Source of the DNA: Octopus sinensis
Taxonomy: Eukaryota
Direction of reading: 5' to 3'
Length of the DNA: 64,000 bases
Assembly (NCBI RefSeq): GCF_006345805.1
Contig: NC_043024.1
Coordinates: 3,968,001 to 4,032,000 of the forward strand
Position 1 is the first letter of the stretch; each line of letters starts with the position of its first letter. A model generated the notes under the pieces. The model had not been told where the DNA came from and searched no databases. It worked only from the letters and a program-made list of their open reading frames with translations. The position numbers and the translations under genes were made by a program. Positions 12,456 through 27,448 of the stretch are shown here, in pieces.

Positions 12456-15400
12456 ACACATGACAGGCTTCTTTCAGTTTCCTTCTACCAAATCCACTCA
12501 GATAGCTATGGTCAGGCTGAGGCTTTAGCAGAAGACACTTTCATGAGGTGCCATGCAGTGGGTTTGAACCCAGAACCATACTCTTTACTCTTTTACTTGT
12601 TTCAGTCATTTGACTGCGGCCATGCTGGAGCACCACCTCTAATCGAGCAACTCGACCCCGGGACTCATTCTTTTGCAAGCCCAGTACTTAATCTATCGGT
12701 CTCTTTTGCCGAACCGCTAAGTGACGGGGACATAAACACACCAGCATCGGTTATCAAGCAATGCTAGGGGGACTAACACAAACACACACACATACATATA
12801 TATATATACATATATACGACGGGCTTCTTTCAGTTTCCGTCTACCAAATCCACTCACAAGGCTTTGGTCGGCCTGAGGCTATAGTAGAAGACACTTGGCC
12901 AAGGTGCTACGCAGTGGGACTGAACCTGGAACCATGTGGTTGGTAAGCAAGCTACTTACCACGCAGCCACTCCTACATGTATATATATATATATACATAT
13001 ATACGACAGGCTTCTTTCAGTTTCCGTCTACCAAATCCACTCACAAGGCTTTGGTCGGCCTGAGGCTATAGTAGAAGACACTTGGCCAAGGTGCTACGCA
13101 GTGGGACTGAACCTGGAACCATGTGGTTGGTAAGCAAGCTATTTACCACACAGCCACTCCTACATGTATATATATATATACATATATACGACAGGCTTCT
13201 TTCAGTTTCCGTCTACCAAATCCACTCACAAGGCTTTGGTTGGCTCGAGGCTATAGTAGAAGACACTTGCCCAAGGTGCTACGCAGTGGGACTGAACCTG
13301 GAACCATGTGGTTGGTAAGCAAGCTACTTACCACGCAGCCACTCCTACATGTATATATATATATATACATATATACGACAGGCTTCTTTCAGTTTCCGTC
13401 TACCAAATCCACTCACAAGGCTTTGGTCGGCCTGAGGCTATAGTAGAAGACACTTGGCCAAGGTGCTACGCAGTGGGACTGAACCTGGAACCATGTGGTT
13501 GGTAAGCAAGCTATTTACCACACAGCCACTCCTACATGTATATATATATATACATATATACGACAGGCTTCTTTCAGTTTCCGTCTACCAAATCCACTCA
13601 CAAGGCTTTGGTCGGCTCGAGGCTATAGTAGAAGACACTTGCCCAAGGTGCTACGCAGTGGGACTGAACCTGGAACCATGTGGTTGGTAAACAAGCTACT
13701 TACCACACAGCTTACACCTGCACCTAATTGAATTTTTTCATTTTATTTTATTTTATTTTATTTTATCATATTTTAATTTTGATTTTTGTCCCCTTTCAGG
13801 ATCCAAGTAGGGTTTCTCCAGGAGATTGTAGACCCAAATATTTCCAATATGGACTTTGAACTTTTTAAGCAAAATTTCTCATCAGTAGATTCAACAACAA
13901 CAACAACAAAAACACCCACATCAACAACAACAACAAACAGTTCAGAATCCAAATCCAACATTCCGCAGGGCGAAAATCTCGCCGACCCCGTTGTCGCGTC
14001 CCAGCCTGAAATGGCATCAAACAGGGACAGGCGGAACAGCCCGACTGACAGCCACAGCATCACATCGCAGGATTCCGGCCTCGATGTGCCCACCACTGAG
14101 AAACTCGGCTTGATGGAGAACCTAAGGTGCGAAGACCGAGTAAATTTGTATCAAATGATAAGCTTGGAATCGCTCGACAATCATTGCGGCCTTCTACACG
14201 TCTGGTTTCTCATATTGGATGGTTTGGCCAGCGCCACGGCCGTCTGTCCTCGCACTTATCAACCACAGACAATGGAAATGCTGTTTGAATTGCTGAGAGA
14301 AACTACAAAGACTCCAGGTGAGTTTAATTCTTCATCATCATCATCATCGTCGTTTAGCGTCCGTTTTTCCATGCTAGCATGGGTTGGACGGTTCGACCGG
14401 GGATCTGGGAAGCCAGGAGGCTGCACCAGGCTCCAGTCTGATTTGGCAGTGTTTCTACAGCTGGATGCCCTTCCAGTCACTAAACCTCATCCGTTATCAT
14501 CATCATCATCGTTTAACGTCCGTTTTCCATGCTAGCATGGGTTGGACGGTTCGACCGGGGATCTGGGAAGCCAGAAGGCTGCACCAGGCTCCAGTCTGAT
14601 TTGGCAGTGTTTCTATAGCTGTATGCCCTTCCAGTCACTAAACCTCATCCGTTATCATCATCATCATCATCGTTTAACATCCGTTTTCCATGCTAGCACG
14701 GGTTGGACGGTTCGACCGGGGATCTGGGAAGCCAGAAGGCTGCACCAAGCTCCAGTCTGATCTGGCAGTGTTTCTACAGCTGGATGCCCTTCCAGTCACT
14801 AAACCTCATCCGTTATCATCATCATCATCATCGTTTAACATCCGTTTTCCATGCTAACACGGGTTGGACGGTTCGACCGGGGATCTGGGAAGCCAGAAGG
14901 CTGCACCAAGCTCCAGTCTGATCTGGCAGTGTTTCTACAGCTGGATGCCCTTCCAGTCACTAAACCTCATCCGTTATCATCATCATCATCATCGTTTAAC
15001 ATCCGTTTTCCATGCTAACACGGGTTGGACGGTTCGACCGGGGATCTGGGAAGCCAGAAGGCTGCACCAGGCTCCAGTCTGATCTGGCAGTGTTTCTACA
15101 GCTGGATGCCTTTCCTAACGCCAACCACTCCGTGAGTGTAGTGGGTGCTTTTTATGTGCCAGGCTAGGCTGGCAACGGCCACGGTCAGATTGGTGCATTT
15201 TACGTGCCACGGGCACGGAAGCCAGTCTAGGCGGCGCTGGCATTGGCCACGTTCGGATGGTGTTTTTTACATGCCACCGGCACAGAAGCCAGTCTAGGCG
15301 GCGCTGGTATCGGCCACGTTCGGATGGTGCTTTTTTACGTGCCACCAGCTCAGGGATCACAACTGCAGTTTCCATTGATTTTGGTGTTCTTGACTCAATG

Positions 15401-17249
15401 GATCTCCTCAAGCACAGGGTTGAAATGGTGTTTTTTCACTTGCCGTCTGCACAGGAGTCAGTCCAGCGGCCCTGGCAAATGCCGGGTGCCAGTCATAGGA
15501 TTGGTTCAATTTCGATTCCGATTTCACTTGCCCCAACAGGTCTTCGCAAGCAGAGTTTGGTGTCCAATGAAGGGAGGTTGGCATGAATTAGTAGAGGAAC
15601 ACCAACTTAGAAGCAGGGCTGCTATATGGATGCCTCTCAAAGAGGGCAGTTCTGCTCCTGGGGAAAGATGGCAGGAAATTTAATATTGGTTCTGGAGAAA
15701 GGGTTAAATTAATCATTTGTTAAGGCTAAATTTTGAAAGGCCAAAGTATGATAGAGGGACAAGAACAGGTGCCCTGCTGTAGAGCGGATTCATAACTACC
15801 CCACACTATATAAGGGTGGATGGTAAAGTTATCTTCTTGAGTCATGCCAACTGATAAGGGCCAGTTTCCTGGTTTCCATGGCAAATATATTTCCCACCTG
15901 GACGATATGCCAGTCTGTCAGAGGGTTACTCCTTTTTGTCAGCTTAGTAGACTGGAGCGATGTGAAATTAAGCGTTTTGCTCAAGGACACTAATCGTTGC
16001 CTGGTCCAGGAATTGAAACCACAATCTTACAATCATGAGTCTAACACCCTAACCACTAAGCCACGTGGTTGCAACGTGAAGGTGGATGCATGTGTCGTCA
16101 TCATCATCATCATCATCATCATCTGTTTCTTTATTGCCCACAAGGGGCTAAACATAGAGGGGACAAACAAGGACAGACAAAGGGATTAAGTCGATTACAT
16201 CGACCCCAGTGCGTAACTGGTACTTAATTTATCAACCCCGAAAGAATGAAAGGCAAAGTTGACCTCGGCGGAATTTGAACTCAGAACGTAACAGCAGACG
16301 CAATTCCTATTTCTTTACTACCCAGAAGGGGCTAAACACAGAGGGGACAAACAAGGATAGACTAACGGATTAAGTCGATTAGATCGACCCCAGTACGTAA
16401 CTGGTACTTATTTAATCGACCCCGAAAGGGTGAAAGGCAAAGTCGACCTCGGCGGAATTTGAACCCAAAACGTAACGACAGACGAAATACCGTTAAGCAT
16501 TTCGCCCGGTGTGCTAACGATTCTGCCAGCTCACCACCTTTCATCATCATCATCATCATCAAACGTCTGTTTTTCCATGCTGGCATGGGTTGGACTGTTT
16601 GACAAAAGCCAGCCAGGTAGAAGACTACCCCCATGCTACAGCATCTGTTTTAGAATGTTTTTTTACGGCTGGACACCCTTCCTAACCCCAACCACCCTGT
16701 AGAGTGGCCTGGATGCTTTTTATGTGGTTCCAGCACAGGTGAGGCCAGGTAACATGTCTCACAATTTCTTCTGTTTGCGTTTCAGGTCCGACATTCAGCA
16801 TGTTTTGCGTGAACAATCTTTTATTACCGACGCTACAGTCGTGGCTCCGCCGCAGTTACCATAACCAAACTTACTGGGAAACTGGTTCCACTAATTTCAA
16901 ACTGTGTTGTGGACTCACAACAGATCTTCTTGTGGAATTTGTCTTGGAATTTTCAGGTAAGAAACTTTCCTTTGTTATCGTTTTTTTTTATTCTTATTTT
17001 TCTGTCTTTTATGTTTTACCTGTTTCAGTCATTGGACCATGGCCATGCTGGGGCACTGCCATGAAGAATTTTAATTGAACAAATCGCCTCCAGTTATTAT
17101 TTTTGTAAAGCGTGGCACTTATTCTATTAGTCTCTTTTGCCAAACTGCCAAGTTACGGGGATGTAAACACACCAACACCAGTTGTCAAGCTGTGGGATGA
17201 CAAACACAGATACAGAGGTACACATACACACACAACAGGCTTCTTTCAG

Positions 17250-17286
<37 letters not shown>

Positions 17287-20200
17287 ATGTGTAACAATAA
17301 TTCATGGCACTTCTGCACTGTTGAGTGCGATGGGTCACAGGGTTCGGTCAGCTGCTGCTTTTGCACATCCATTCCATGAAATGTTGACTGTCTTCCGGTC
17401 ATCTTGAGACATCCAAGATGAGACCGATAGAATAAGTACTAGGCTTACAAAGAATAAGTCCTTGGGTTGATTTCTTCAACTAAAAAAAAAATCCCTTTAA
17501 GGTAGTGCTCCAACATGGCCACAGTCAAGTCGTGACTGCGTTTAGGACCAGTTAGATCTGTGGTTCTCAACTGGGGGTCCATGTGGCCCTTGAGGGTGTA
17601 TGTAAGATTTTATTGTAAAAATTTGTCAGGAGTGGCTGTGTGGTAAATAGCCTGCTTACCAACCACATGGTTCCGGGTTCAGTCCCACTGCATGGCACCT
17701 TGGGCAAGTGTCTTCTACTATAGCCTCGGACCGACCAAAGCCTTGTGAGTGGACTTGGTAGATGGAAACTGAAAGAAGCCTGTTGTGTGTATATATGTAT
17801 ATGTCTGTGCTTGCACCCCTACCTTCGCTTGACAACCAATGTTGGTGTGTTTACCTTGCCATGACTTAGCAGTTCAGTAAAAGAGACCAATAGAATAAGT
17901 ACTAGACTTACAAAGAATAAGTCCTGGGGTCAGTTCTGCCAGTCATTACGAAGAAGTACCCCAATAGTACCGGGACGTGATAAAGGGCTACCCGTCTACT
18001 GCTGGACATAATGAAGAGGTACTCTAATACTGCTGGACATAATGAAGAGGTACCATGGAACAAAAGTTTGAGAATCCCTTCTATGGGTTCTACTAAGGGT
18101 ACTGAAATATGTCCTTAGTTCTTACAATACTGTGACTAGACTAAGCAAATTCTCCCTTGCATTCTGTATCTAATATATATATGATAGGCGTCTTTCAGTT
18201 TCCAACTCCCAAATCCTCTCAGAAGGCTTTGGTCAGCCCAAGGTGCCATGTAATGGGACTGAACCAGGAACCATGTAGTTGATGCACACGTGTGTGGTGC
18301 TATCCCCTTGCCTTGACATTGCGCAGTAGTCATGCAAGCCATGTCCTTTGCTTCCAAAGTTCAGTGAAGACATGTCTGGCCATGAGAAAATATTACCTGA
18401 CTTTCAAACAGGTAAGGGCTGGCAACAGGAAAGGCATCCAGCCATTGAAACATCTGCCGCAACAAATTCCACGTGACTCAATGAAGCATGTCAAAGTGGA
18501 CATTAAACGATGATGATCATGATAGGCGCAGGAGTGGCAGTGTGGTAAGCAGCTTGCTTCCGAACCACATGGTTTCGGGTTCAGTCCCACTGTGTGACAC
18601 CTTGGGCAAGTTTCTTCTACTATATATTTCTTTATTGCCCACAAGGGGCTAAACATAGAAGGGACAAACAAAGACAGACAATGGGATTAAGTCGATTACA
18701 TTGACCCCAGTACGAAACTGGTACTTTATTTATCGACCCCAAAAGGATGAAAGGCAAAGTCGACCTTGGTGGAATTTGAACTCACAACGTAACGGCAGAC
18801 GAAATACCGGTAAGCATTTCGCCCGGCGCACTAACGTTTCTGCCAGTTCTTCTACTATAGCCTCGGGCCGACCAAAGCCTTGTGAGTGGATTTGGTAGAC
18901 GGAAACTGAAAGAAGCCCGTCATATATATGTATATATATATGCGAGTGTGTGTTTGTGTGTCTGTGTTTGTCTCCCCAACATCACTTGACAACCTATGCT
19001 GGTGTGTTTACATCCCCATAACTTAGCGGTTCGGCAAAAGAGTCTGATAGAACAAGTACTAGGCTTACAAAGAATAAGTCCTGGGGTTCGATTTGCTCAA
19101 CTAAAGGCAGCGCTCCAGCATGGCCACAGTCAAATGACTGAAACAAGTAAAAGTAAAAAAAGTAAAAAAGATGATGGTGATTATTATGACCAGTAAAAGC
19201 ATAACTTGAATGAATTAAGGTTTCTTGCACGTGGATGCTACCATACTTTAAGTATGGTAGCCCCCACCTCACAACGATTATTCATACATCTTAAATGGTG
19301 TATCATTTTTTATTTTTTGTTATAGATGACCACAAAAACGAGAAAATGTTGGAGACCATGCTGTACAAACTGTTCATTGTCCTAATAGAATGTGTGGCAC
19401 AACCTGTGGAAGTGATCTCACGTCTTGGATGCTCTTGTATCAGGTATTTCTATAAGTAAACCAGTCTATGTGTTTGTATGTGTATAATATATGTATACAT
19501 ATATATATATATATATATATACATACACACACACAATCAAAAATGAGCAACAAGAATGACTCCGGTAGTTTGGTACAATTGTTTCGCACTACAACATTTT
19601 ATTAAATGTTGTAAGTATTACAGCAGATTTAAGATGCTGAGTGCTCTTCAGCCAATTATTTAGGTTTTCCAATAATACAAAAGCTTTCAAATCAATTAGT
19701 AACATTTTAGAGAAGGTAGATATACAGATAAAGATGTAGATTTAAATTTTAAGAACATATATATATATGTATATATTTATTTTTATTATAATAAGGGTTA
19801 GGCAAAATAATTTACTTCACCACACATCGAACTTTAGAAATAGCAGCCAAAAAAAAAACTAGCTATTTCTTCTACTGCAAGAAACAACTCCCAGACAATA
19901 TTTTTTTTTGGCTGCTATTTCTAAAGTTCGGTGTGTGGTGAAGCAAATTCTTTTGCTTAACCCTTATTATAATAAATATTGTTTAAATTTACCGATAACT
20001 GTCTTTTACATACTGAATCACTACTTGGTGGAATTATTAATTAATTAATTAATTTTACCCTTATTATTATTATTATTATTATAAATATATATATATATTA
20101 CATACACACACACAATCAAAAATGAGCAACAAGAATGACTCCGGTAGTTTGGTACAATTGTTTCGCACTACAACATTTTATTAAATGTGTAAGTATTACA

Positions 20201-23200
20201 GCAGATTTAAGATCTGAGTGCTCTTCAGCATTATTTAGGTTTTCCAATAATACAAAGCTTTCAAATTCATTTAGTAACATTTTGAGAAGGTAGATATACA
20301 GATAAAGATGTAGATTTAAATTTTAAGAACATATATATATAGGTATATATTTATTTTTATTATAATAAGGGTTAGCAAAATAATTTACTTCACCACACAT
20401 CGAACTTTAGAAATAGCAGCCAAAAAAAAATAGCTATTTCTTCTACTGCAAGAACAACTCCCAGACAATATTTTTTTTGGCTGCTATTTCTAAGTTCGGT
20501 GTGTGGTGAAGCAAATTCTTTTGCTTAACCCTTATTATAATAAATATTGTTTAAATTTACCGATAACTGTCTTTTACATACTGAATCACTACTTGGTGGA
20601 ATTATTAATTAATTAATTAATTTTACCCTTATTATTATTATTATTATTATAAATATATATATATATATATATCACGTGATCATATGACCAACCAGACCAT
20701 CAGATGTTGTTAGACATCGCTGATCACAATGCGTTCGCATTGTTTTAGCCTTCGAATGACGCCACCCCACTGGCTAAGCGAGCAGGCCAACAGAAGAAAG
20801 AGTGAGAGAAAGTTGTGGTGAAAGAGTACAGCAGGGATCACCACCATCCCTGACGGAGCCTCGTGGAGCTTTTAGGTGTTTTCGCTCAATAAACACTCAC
20901 AACGCCCGGTCTGGGAATCGAAACCGCGATCCTCCGACCGCGAGTCCGCTGCCCTAACCACTGGGCCATTGCGCCTCCACATATATATATATATACTTAC
21001 TTACTTACTAGCAGTATAACCTGGCCTTGCCCGGGATTAAGTTACAATTATTAAGCTAATCAATTAGCCCTCTGCAGGAGCTAGCTTAAAGGTCCACAAG
21101 GAGTTCAGTTTTTAAACCAGTATTATTGTGTAGCTAAATGAAATGTCCGTATCAAAGATGTTTCTTCCCACAGTGTTTTCATTTCTTTCTTTTCTCATTT
21201 TAATTACAGACATATTGTCTTAGCATCTGGACATTGTTTCACCGAGGGAATGTGGCAGGTGACCATCGACAGCTTCGAGAAAGCATTCGAGGTCACCACG
21301 TACAGCTTACGTCAACTTATGATGCTGTTTCACCAAAACTCCGAGAACTTCTACGGAGACATAGGGCAAGTGAAAGTGGCCACGCGGAAAGACTGTACAC
21401 CGATCGCTCTGGAACGACTGCGACAATTAGCTCAACAGGTAACGGACTTCTTCTACTAATTAATGCTCTACTTTTGCTATTGTTGTTGTTGATGTTGTGT
21501 TTGTACCTCCAAAGATTGAGAGTATTCCAAACATGATCATCCCCCCTTTTGTGTACGTCCTGTATATCTAATATGTCCCACAGTACCGCCTGACTGGCCC
21601 TTGTGCCGGTGGCACTTTAAAAGCACCTACTATACTCTCGGAGTGGCTGGCATTAGGAAGGGCATCCAGCTGTAGAAACTCTGCCAGATCAGACTGGAGC
21701 CTGGTGCCGCCATCTGGTTCGCCAGACTTCAGTCAAATCGTCCAACCCATGCTAGCATGGAAAGCGGACGTTAAACAATGATGATGATGCTTGGTTGTTT
21801 TATTGTTATTTGTTACTGCCCCTGTGATCTTTTGGCCAATATGCACGGGCGTGGCTGTGTGGTAAGAAGTTTGCTTCCCAACTGCACGGTTTTGGGTTCA
21901 GTCCCACTGCGTGCCACCTTGTGCAAGTGTATTCTACTATAGCCTCGGGCCGACCAAAGCCTTGTGAGTGGATTTGGTAGAGAGAAACTGAAAGAAGCAC
22001 CAGCAGAAGAGACCGATAGAATAAGTACTAGGCTTACAAAGAATAAGTCCTTGGGTTGATTTCTTCAACTAAAAAAAAAATCCCTTTAAGATAGTGCTCC
22101 AACATGGCCACAGTCATTGACTAAAACAAGTAAAACAATAAAAAGGAAGAATATCTAATATATATACTTATATATATATTATATATATATATATTATAGA
22201 TATATATTATAATATAATATATATTATATATATATATAGATATATATATATTATATATATATATAGATATATATAGATATATATAATATATATATAGTAT
22301 AGATATATATATATATATATATATAGATATATATATATATATAGATATATATATATATAGATATATATAGATATATATATATATATATATATAGATATAT
22401 TATATATATATATATATAGATATATATATATATAGATATATATATATATATATAATATATATATAGATTATATATATATATATATATATAGATATATAAA
22501 TTAATGTTAGAAGAAATGAGGTACTCTTCTAATATACAATACCTGTACATGATCTCCAAACCTTCTAATATATATATATATCCTCATCATCATTTAATGT
22601 CCGTTTTCCATGCTAGCATGGGTTAAACGGTTCGACCGGGGTCTGGGAAGCCAGGAGACTGCACCAGGCTCCAATCTGATCTGGCAGCGTTTCTACAGCT
22701 GGATGCCCTTCCTAACACCATGAGTGTAGTGGCTGCTTTTTACGTGGCACTGGCACGGGGCCAGTCGGAGCGGCGCTGGCAACGGCCACGTTCGGATGGT
22801 TCTCTTACGTGCCAACGGCACTGGTATCACAACTGCAATTTTCATTGATGTTGATTGATTTCGATTGTGTGTGTTTTTGTGTCTGTGTTTGTACCCCCAT
22901 CACAATTTGACAACTGGTGTTGGTGTGTTTACTTCCCCATGACTTAGTGGTTCAGCGAATCAGCCCGATAGAATAAGTGCTAGGCTTAAACTAATAAGTT
23001 CTCGTGTCGATTTGTTTGACTAAAACCGTTCAAGGCTGTGCTCCAGCATGGCCGCAGTAAAAAAAAAAAAGACTAAAGCAAGCAAAAGAGCAACTGCGGA
23101 TTTAGAAGTTTCCTAATTGCATTTTCTCTCCTTTCAGGTATTTCTGCTGGACAGTCAAATCCAAGGTGGTGGTCATAACCTATCCTGTAATTCCTATTCC

Positions 23201-23747
23201 GATGTGGACACAGACAAGTCTTACATCTTCCTGCTCTACCCACCTGTCCACGACGCCAACTCGAACCCCGAACACCTGGTCACCAGGTAGGTACACTTCC
23301 ACTACAGCCTCAACCGTTGCATTTTGGTTCCGCTTAATGTTAACACAACAGCTGCTACCACTTGAACTACAACTCCTACAAGTTGTAGTGCAGCTACTAT
23401 TACTTCCACTACTATCACTACTGCTACCGCTACTACCACCACCACCACTACTACCGTTACTACTATTACTACCACCACTACTACTACAAATACTACTGCT
23501 TCTATTACTACTACTACTATTATTACTACTACTACTATTATTACTACCACTACTACAACCACCACACCACTGCTGCAACTAATGCCACCACCACCCCACA
23601 CAACTACTACAGCCATTGCAACAAGACTAGAATCAATTTTACTAGCACCACATTCAATACCTCCACACACACACACCTGAGATTTCTGTGCCTTCGGGGT
23701 TTATTTGACTCTTATTTCTAGCAAGGTTGGTACTTTTTCTAGTACCG

Positions 23748-23786
<39 letters not shown>

Positions 23787-24310
23787 ATCGAAATCGATCA
23801 ATGGAAATTGCGGATGTGCTACCAGTTGCCGGTGGCATGTCGAACTCTGCTTGTGAAGACCCATTGAGGCAAGTGAGGATCAGAATCGAAATCGATCATG
23901 GAAATTGCATGTGTTACGTGCCGGTGGCATGTAAGAGAACTTTCCGTTTCGCGACCGTTGCCAGCACCGCCCCGTTTCGTGTCCGTTGCCAGCCCGCCTG
24001 GCCCTCGTGCCGGTGGCACATATAAAAGCACCATCCGTTCGTGGCCGTTTCCAGCTCTGTCTGGCACCAGTGCGGGTGGCACGTAAAAAGCACCCACTAC
24101 ACTCACCACGAGTGGTTGGCGTTAGGAAGGGCATCCAGCCGTAGAACACTGCCAGATTTGACTGGGCCTGATGAAGCCTTCTGGCTTCACAGACCCCAGT
24201 AGAACCGTCCAACCGTCTCACCACCATGCTAGCATGGAAAACGGACGCTAAATGATGATGATGATGATGATGATATATATAGATCGATATATATATATAT
24301 ATATATATAG

Positions 24311-24347
<37 letters not shown>

Positions 24348-24381
24348 TCGTATATATTATATATAATATATATATATATAG

Positions 24382-24416
<35 letters not shown>

Positions 24417-24517
24417 TCGTATATTATATATAATATTATATATATATAGATCGATAATAAGATTATATATATATATAGATCGATATATAATAATATATAT
24501 ATATTATATATAGATCG

Positions 24518-24549
<32 letters not shown>

Positions 24550-27416
24550 GATCGATATATATATTATATATATATATAAGCACATAGAACACCTTTTGAG
24601 CATGGTTGTCCCAGTACTGCCTGACTGGCCCCCACTACACTCACGGAGTGGTTGACATTAGGAAGGGCATCCAGCTGTAGAAACTCTGCCAGATCAGACT
24701 GGAGCCTGGTGCAGCCATCTGGTTCGCCAGCCCTCAGTCAAACCGTCCAACCCATGCTAACATGGAAAGCGGACGTTAAATGATGATGATGATGAGGATG
24801 ATGAAGTAATAATAAATCTGAGTGAGATACGACATTGTGAAGTATATTTTCCACCTAAATATGGTTGACCCTGTAGCATCGTCCCTTATGGGTCAGCCAC
24901 ATTTAGGTGGCAAATATACTTCACGATATATATATATATATGTATGTATTTGTGTGTCTACGTTTGTCCCCTTCACCATCACTTGACAACTGATGTTGGT
25001 GTGTTTTCGTCCCTCATAACTTAGTGATTCAGCAAAAGAGACCGATACAATAAGCACTAGTCTTACGAAGAATAAGTCCTGGGGTCGATTTGTTGAACAA
25101 AAGGTGGTGCTCCAGTATGGCCACAGTCAAATAACTGAAACAAAGAAAAGAATAAAAGAATATATATATTTAATCACCACTAAGCATGACTAAGGGTGCC
25201 AAAGCACCTACATTGCTAGAAATAAGAGTTAAAGGACTCTTAATGTTGTAAGAAGTGATATATTTATATTGGGTTGGCAAGAAAGTAATTTCGGTTTTTT
25301 TTTTGTGTTTGAAATAAAAGTCATTTTTTTTTCATACAAAAAATGAACTTAAATATATTTTCTATTTTCCATTTTGTTTGATGACCTTTTGCCATCTTTC
25401 TGGCAGCTTCATGGTTCCACGCTCATAGAACTTCTGGTCCTTATCAGCCAAAAACTATCCATCCATCTATCTGTCAATCTATCTATCTATCTGTCTAAAC
25501 CTCAGTCTGTCTGTCTGCCTATCTATCTGTCTATCTATCAATCAGTTTTTCTATGCACACACACACATACGATGAGCTTCTTTCAGTTTCTGTCTCCCAA
25601 ATCTTCACTCACAAGACTTTGATCAGCCTGGGGCCGTTAATGGAAGGCATTAATCTGATATGCCCCATGGTGAGACTGAAACTATATAATTGGAAAGCAA
25701 CTGTCTTAACACACAGCTATGCCTACACACACACACTATATGACGGGCTTCTTTCAGTTTCCATCTACCAAATTCGCTCACAAGACTTGGGTCAATCCAA
25801 GGCTATAGTAGAAGTCACATGCCCAAGGTGCCACGTAGTGGGACTGAACATGGAACCATGTGGTTGATAAGCAAGCTTCTTACCACATAGCAAATCTTGT
25901 GCCTGTGTGTGTACATACATACATGCTGGGACTCCCTTCGGTCATGAATGACCATGGGATTGCACCTAGAAAGTTACCCTCCTAGTCACAAGTCTGGGTA
26001 AAGTTGCTTATGGAAGACGAGCAGTCGCCCATGGATACCAGCCTCCCCTCTCCATACCATTGATGTTACCCAAGGGAAAAGCAAGGGCCATGATACAGCT
26101 TGGTACCAGTGACATCACAACTCATTTCTACAGCTGAGTGAACTGGAGCAACACGAAATAAAGTGTCTTGCTCAAGAACACAACACGCAGCCTGGCCTGG
26201 GATTCGAACTCACCTCACGATTGTAAGCTCGACGCTCTAACCACTGAGCCATGCGCCTTCACACACACACACACACACACATATATATGCATACACACAC
26301 ACACACATATATATGCATACACACACACACATATATATGCATACATACATATACACAGGTGTAGCTGTGTGATAAGTAGCTTGCTTCCCAATCACATGGT
26401 TGCAGGTTCAATCCCACTGCATGGCACCTTGTGCACTGGGGTCAATGTAATCGACTTAATCCCTTTGTCTGTCCTTGTTTGTCCCCTCTATGTTTAACCC
26501 CTTGTGGGCAATAAAGAAATAAGTCTAGCTGGTCCCACATTACCACATTTTTACTAATTGTCCATGATGCTTAGTGCCGGTGGCACATAAAAGAACCATC
26601 CGAACGTGGTCGTTGCCAATCCCACCCCGACTGGCCTCTGTGCCGGTGGCACGTAAAAAGCACCCACTACACTCACGGAGTGGTTGGCGTTAGGAAGGGC
26701 ATCCAGCTGTAGAAACACTGCCAGATCAGACTGGAGCCTGGTGCGGCCTCCTGGTTTCCCAGACCCCAGTCGAACCGTCCAACCCATGCTAGCATGGAAA
26801 GCAGACGCTAAATGATGATGATGATGATGATGATAATGAACAAACATTACCATCCAATTAAAACCTTCAACATTTGGCTCAGCAGAGCAAATATACACAA
26901 TTTCATAATTTTACATCCTGTTTCCCAGCTAATATTAATTAAATGGGTCACCGCGGTCCTTCAAAGGTTATTGTTTCGGCTTGTGTGCACCTAGCTGGGC
27001 GTAGCCACAAAACTTCACCTGCTTTCTTTGTTTCCATATTTGTTTTTTGCTTAATGTTACACAAATGCATGTGTGCACACATGCACACACACACACTCAC
27101 ACACACACACACATTGCAATGATTTTGCATTTTTGAGTAACCTGTCATCAGGAAAATTAAAGTTAGTCAATATATATATATATACATTTATATATATATA
27201 AGATATATACATATACAGGCACATATATCTATCTATATATATACACACACACACACATACGTATTATACAACTACACACATGTACTCATGCACACCTATC
27301 CATCTATGTATCTAGCAAGCTATATATAGCTACTACAGTACATTTCACACACACACACACATCAATATTTAACATCCGCCTTCCATGCTAGCATGGGCGG
27401 TGATGGTTATTTATGT

Positions 27417-27448
<32 letters not shown>

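Larger units (their letters stand above)
19522..20672. repeat. Tandem duplication, period 579 bp
   Basis: catacacacacacaatcaaaaatg starts at 19522 and 20101; the second copy differs mostly by 1-bp deletions. Confidence 0.9.
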
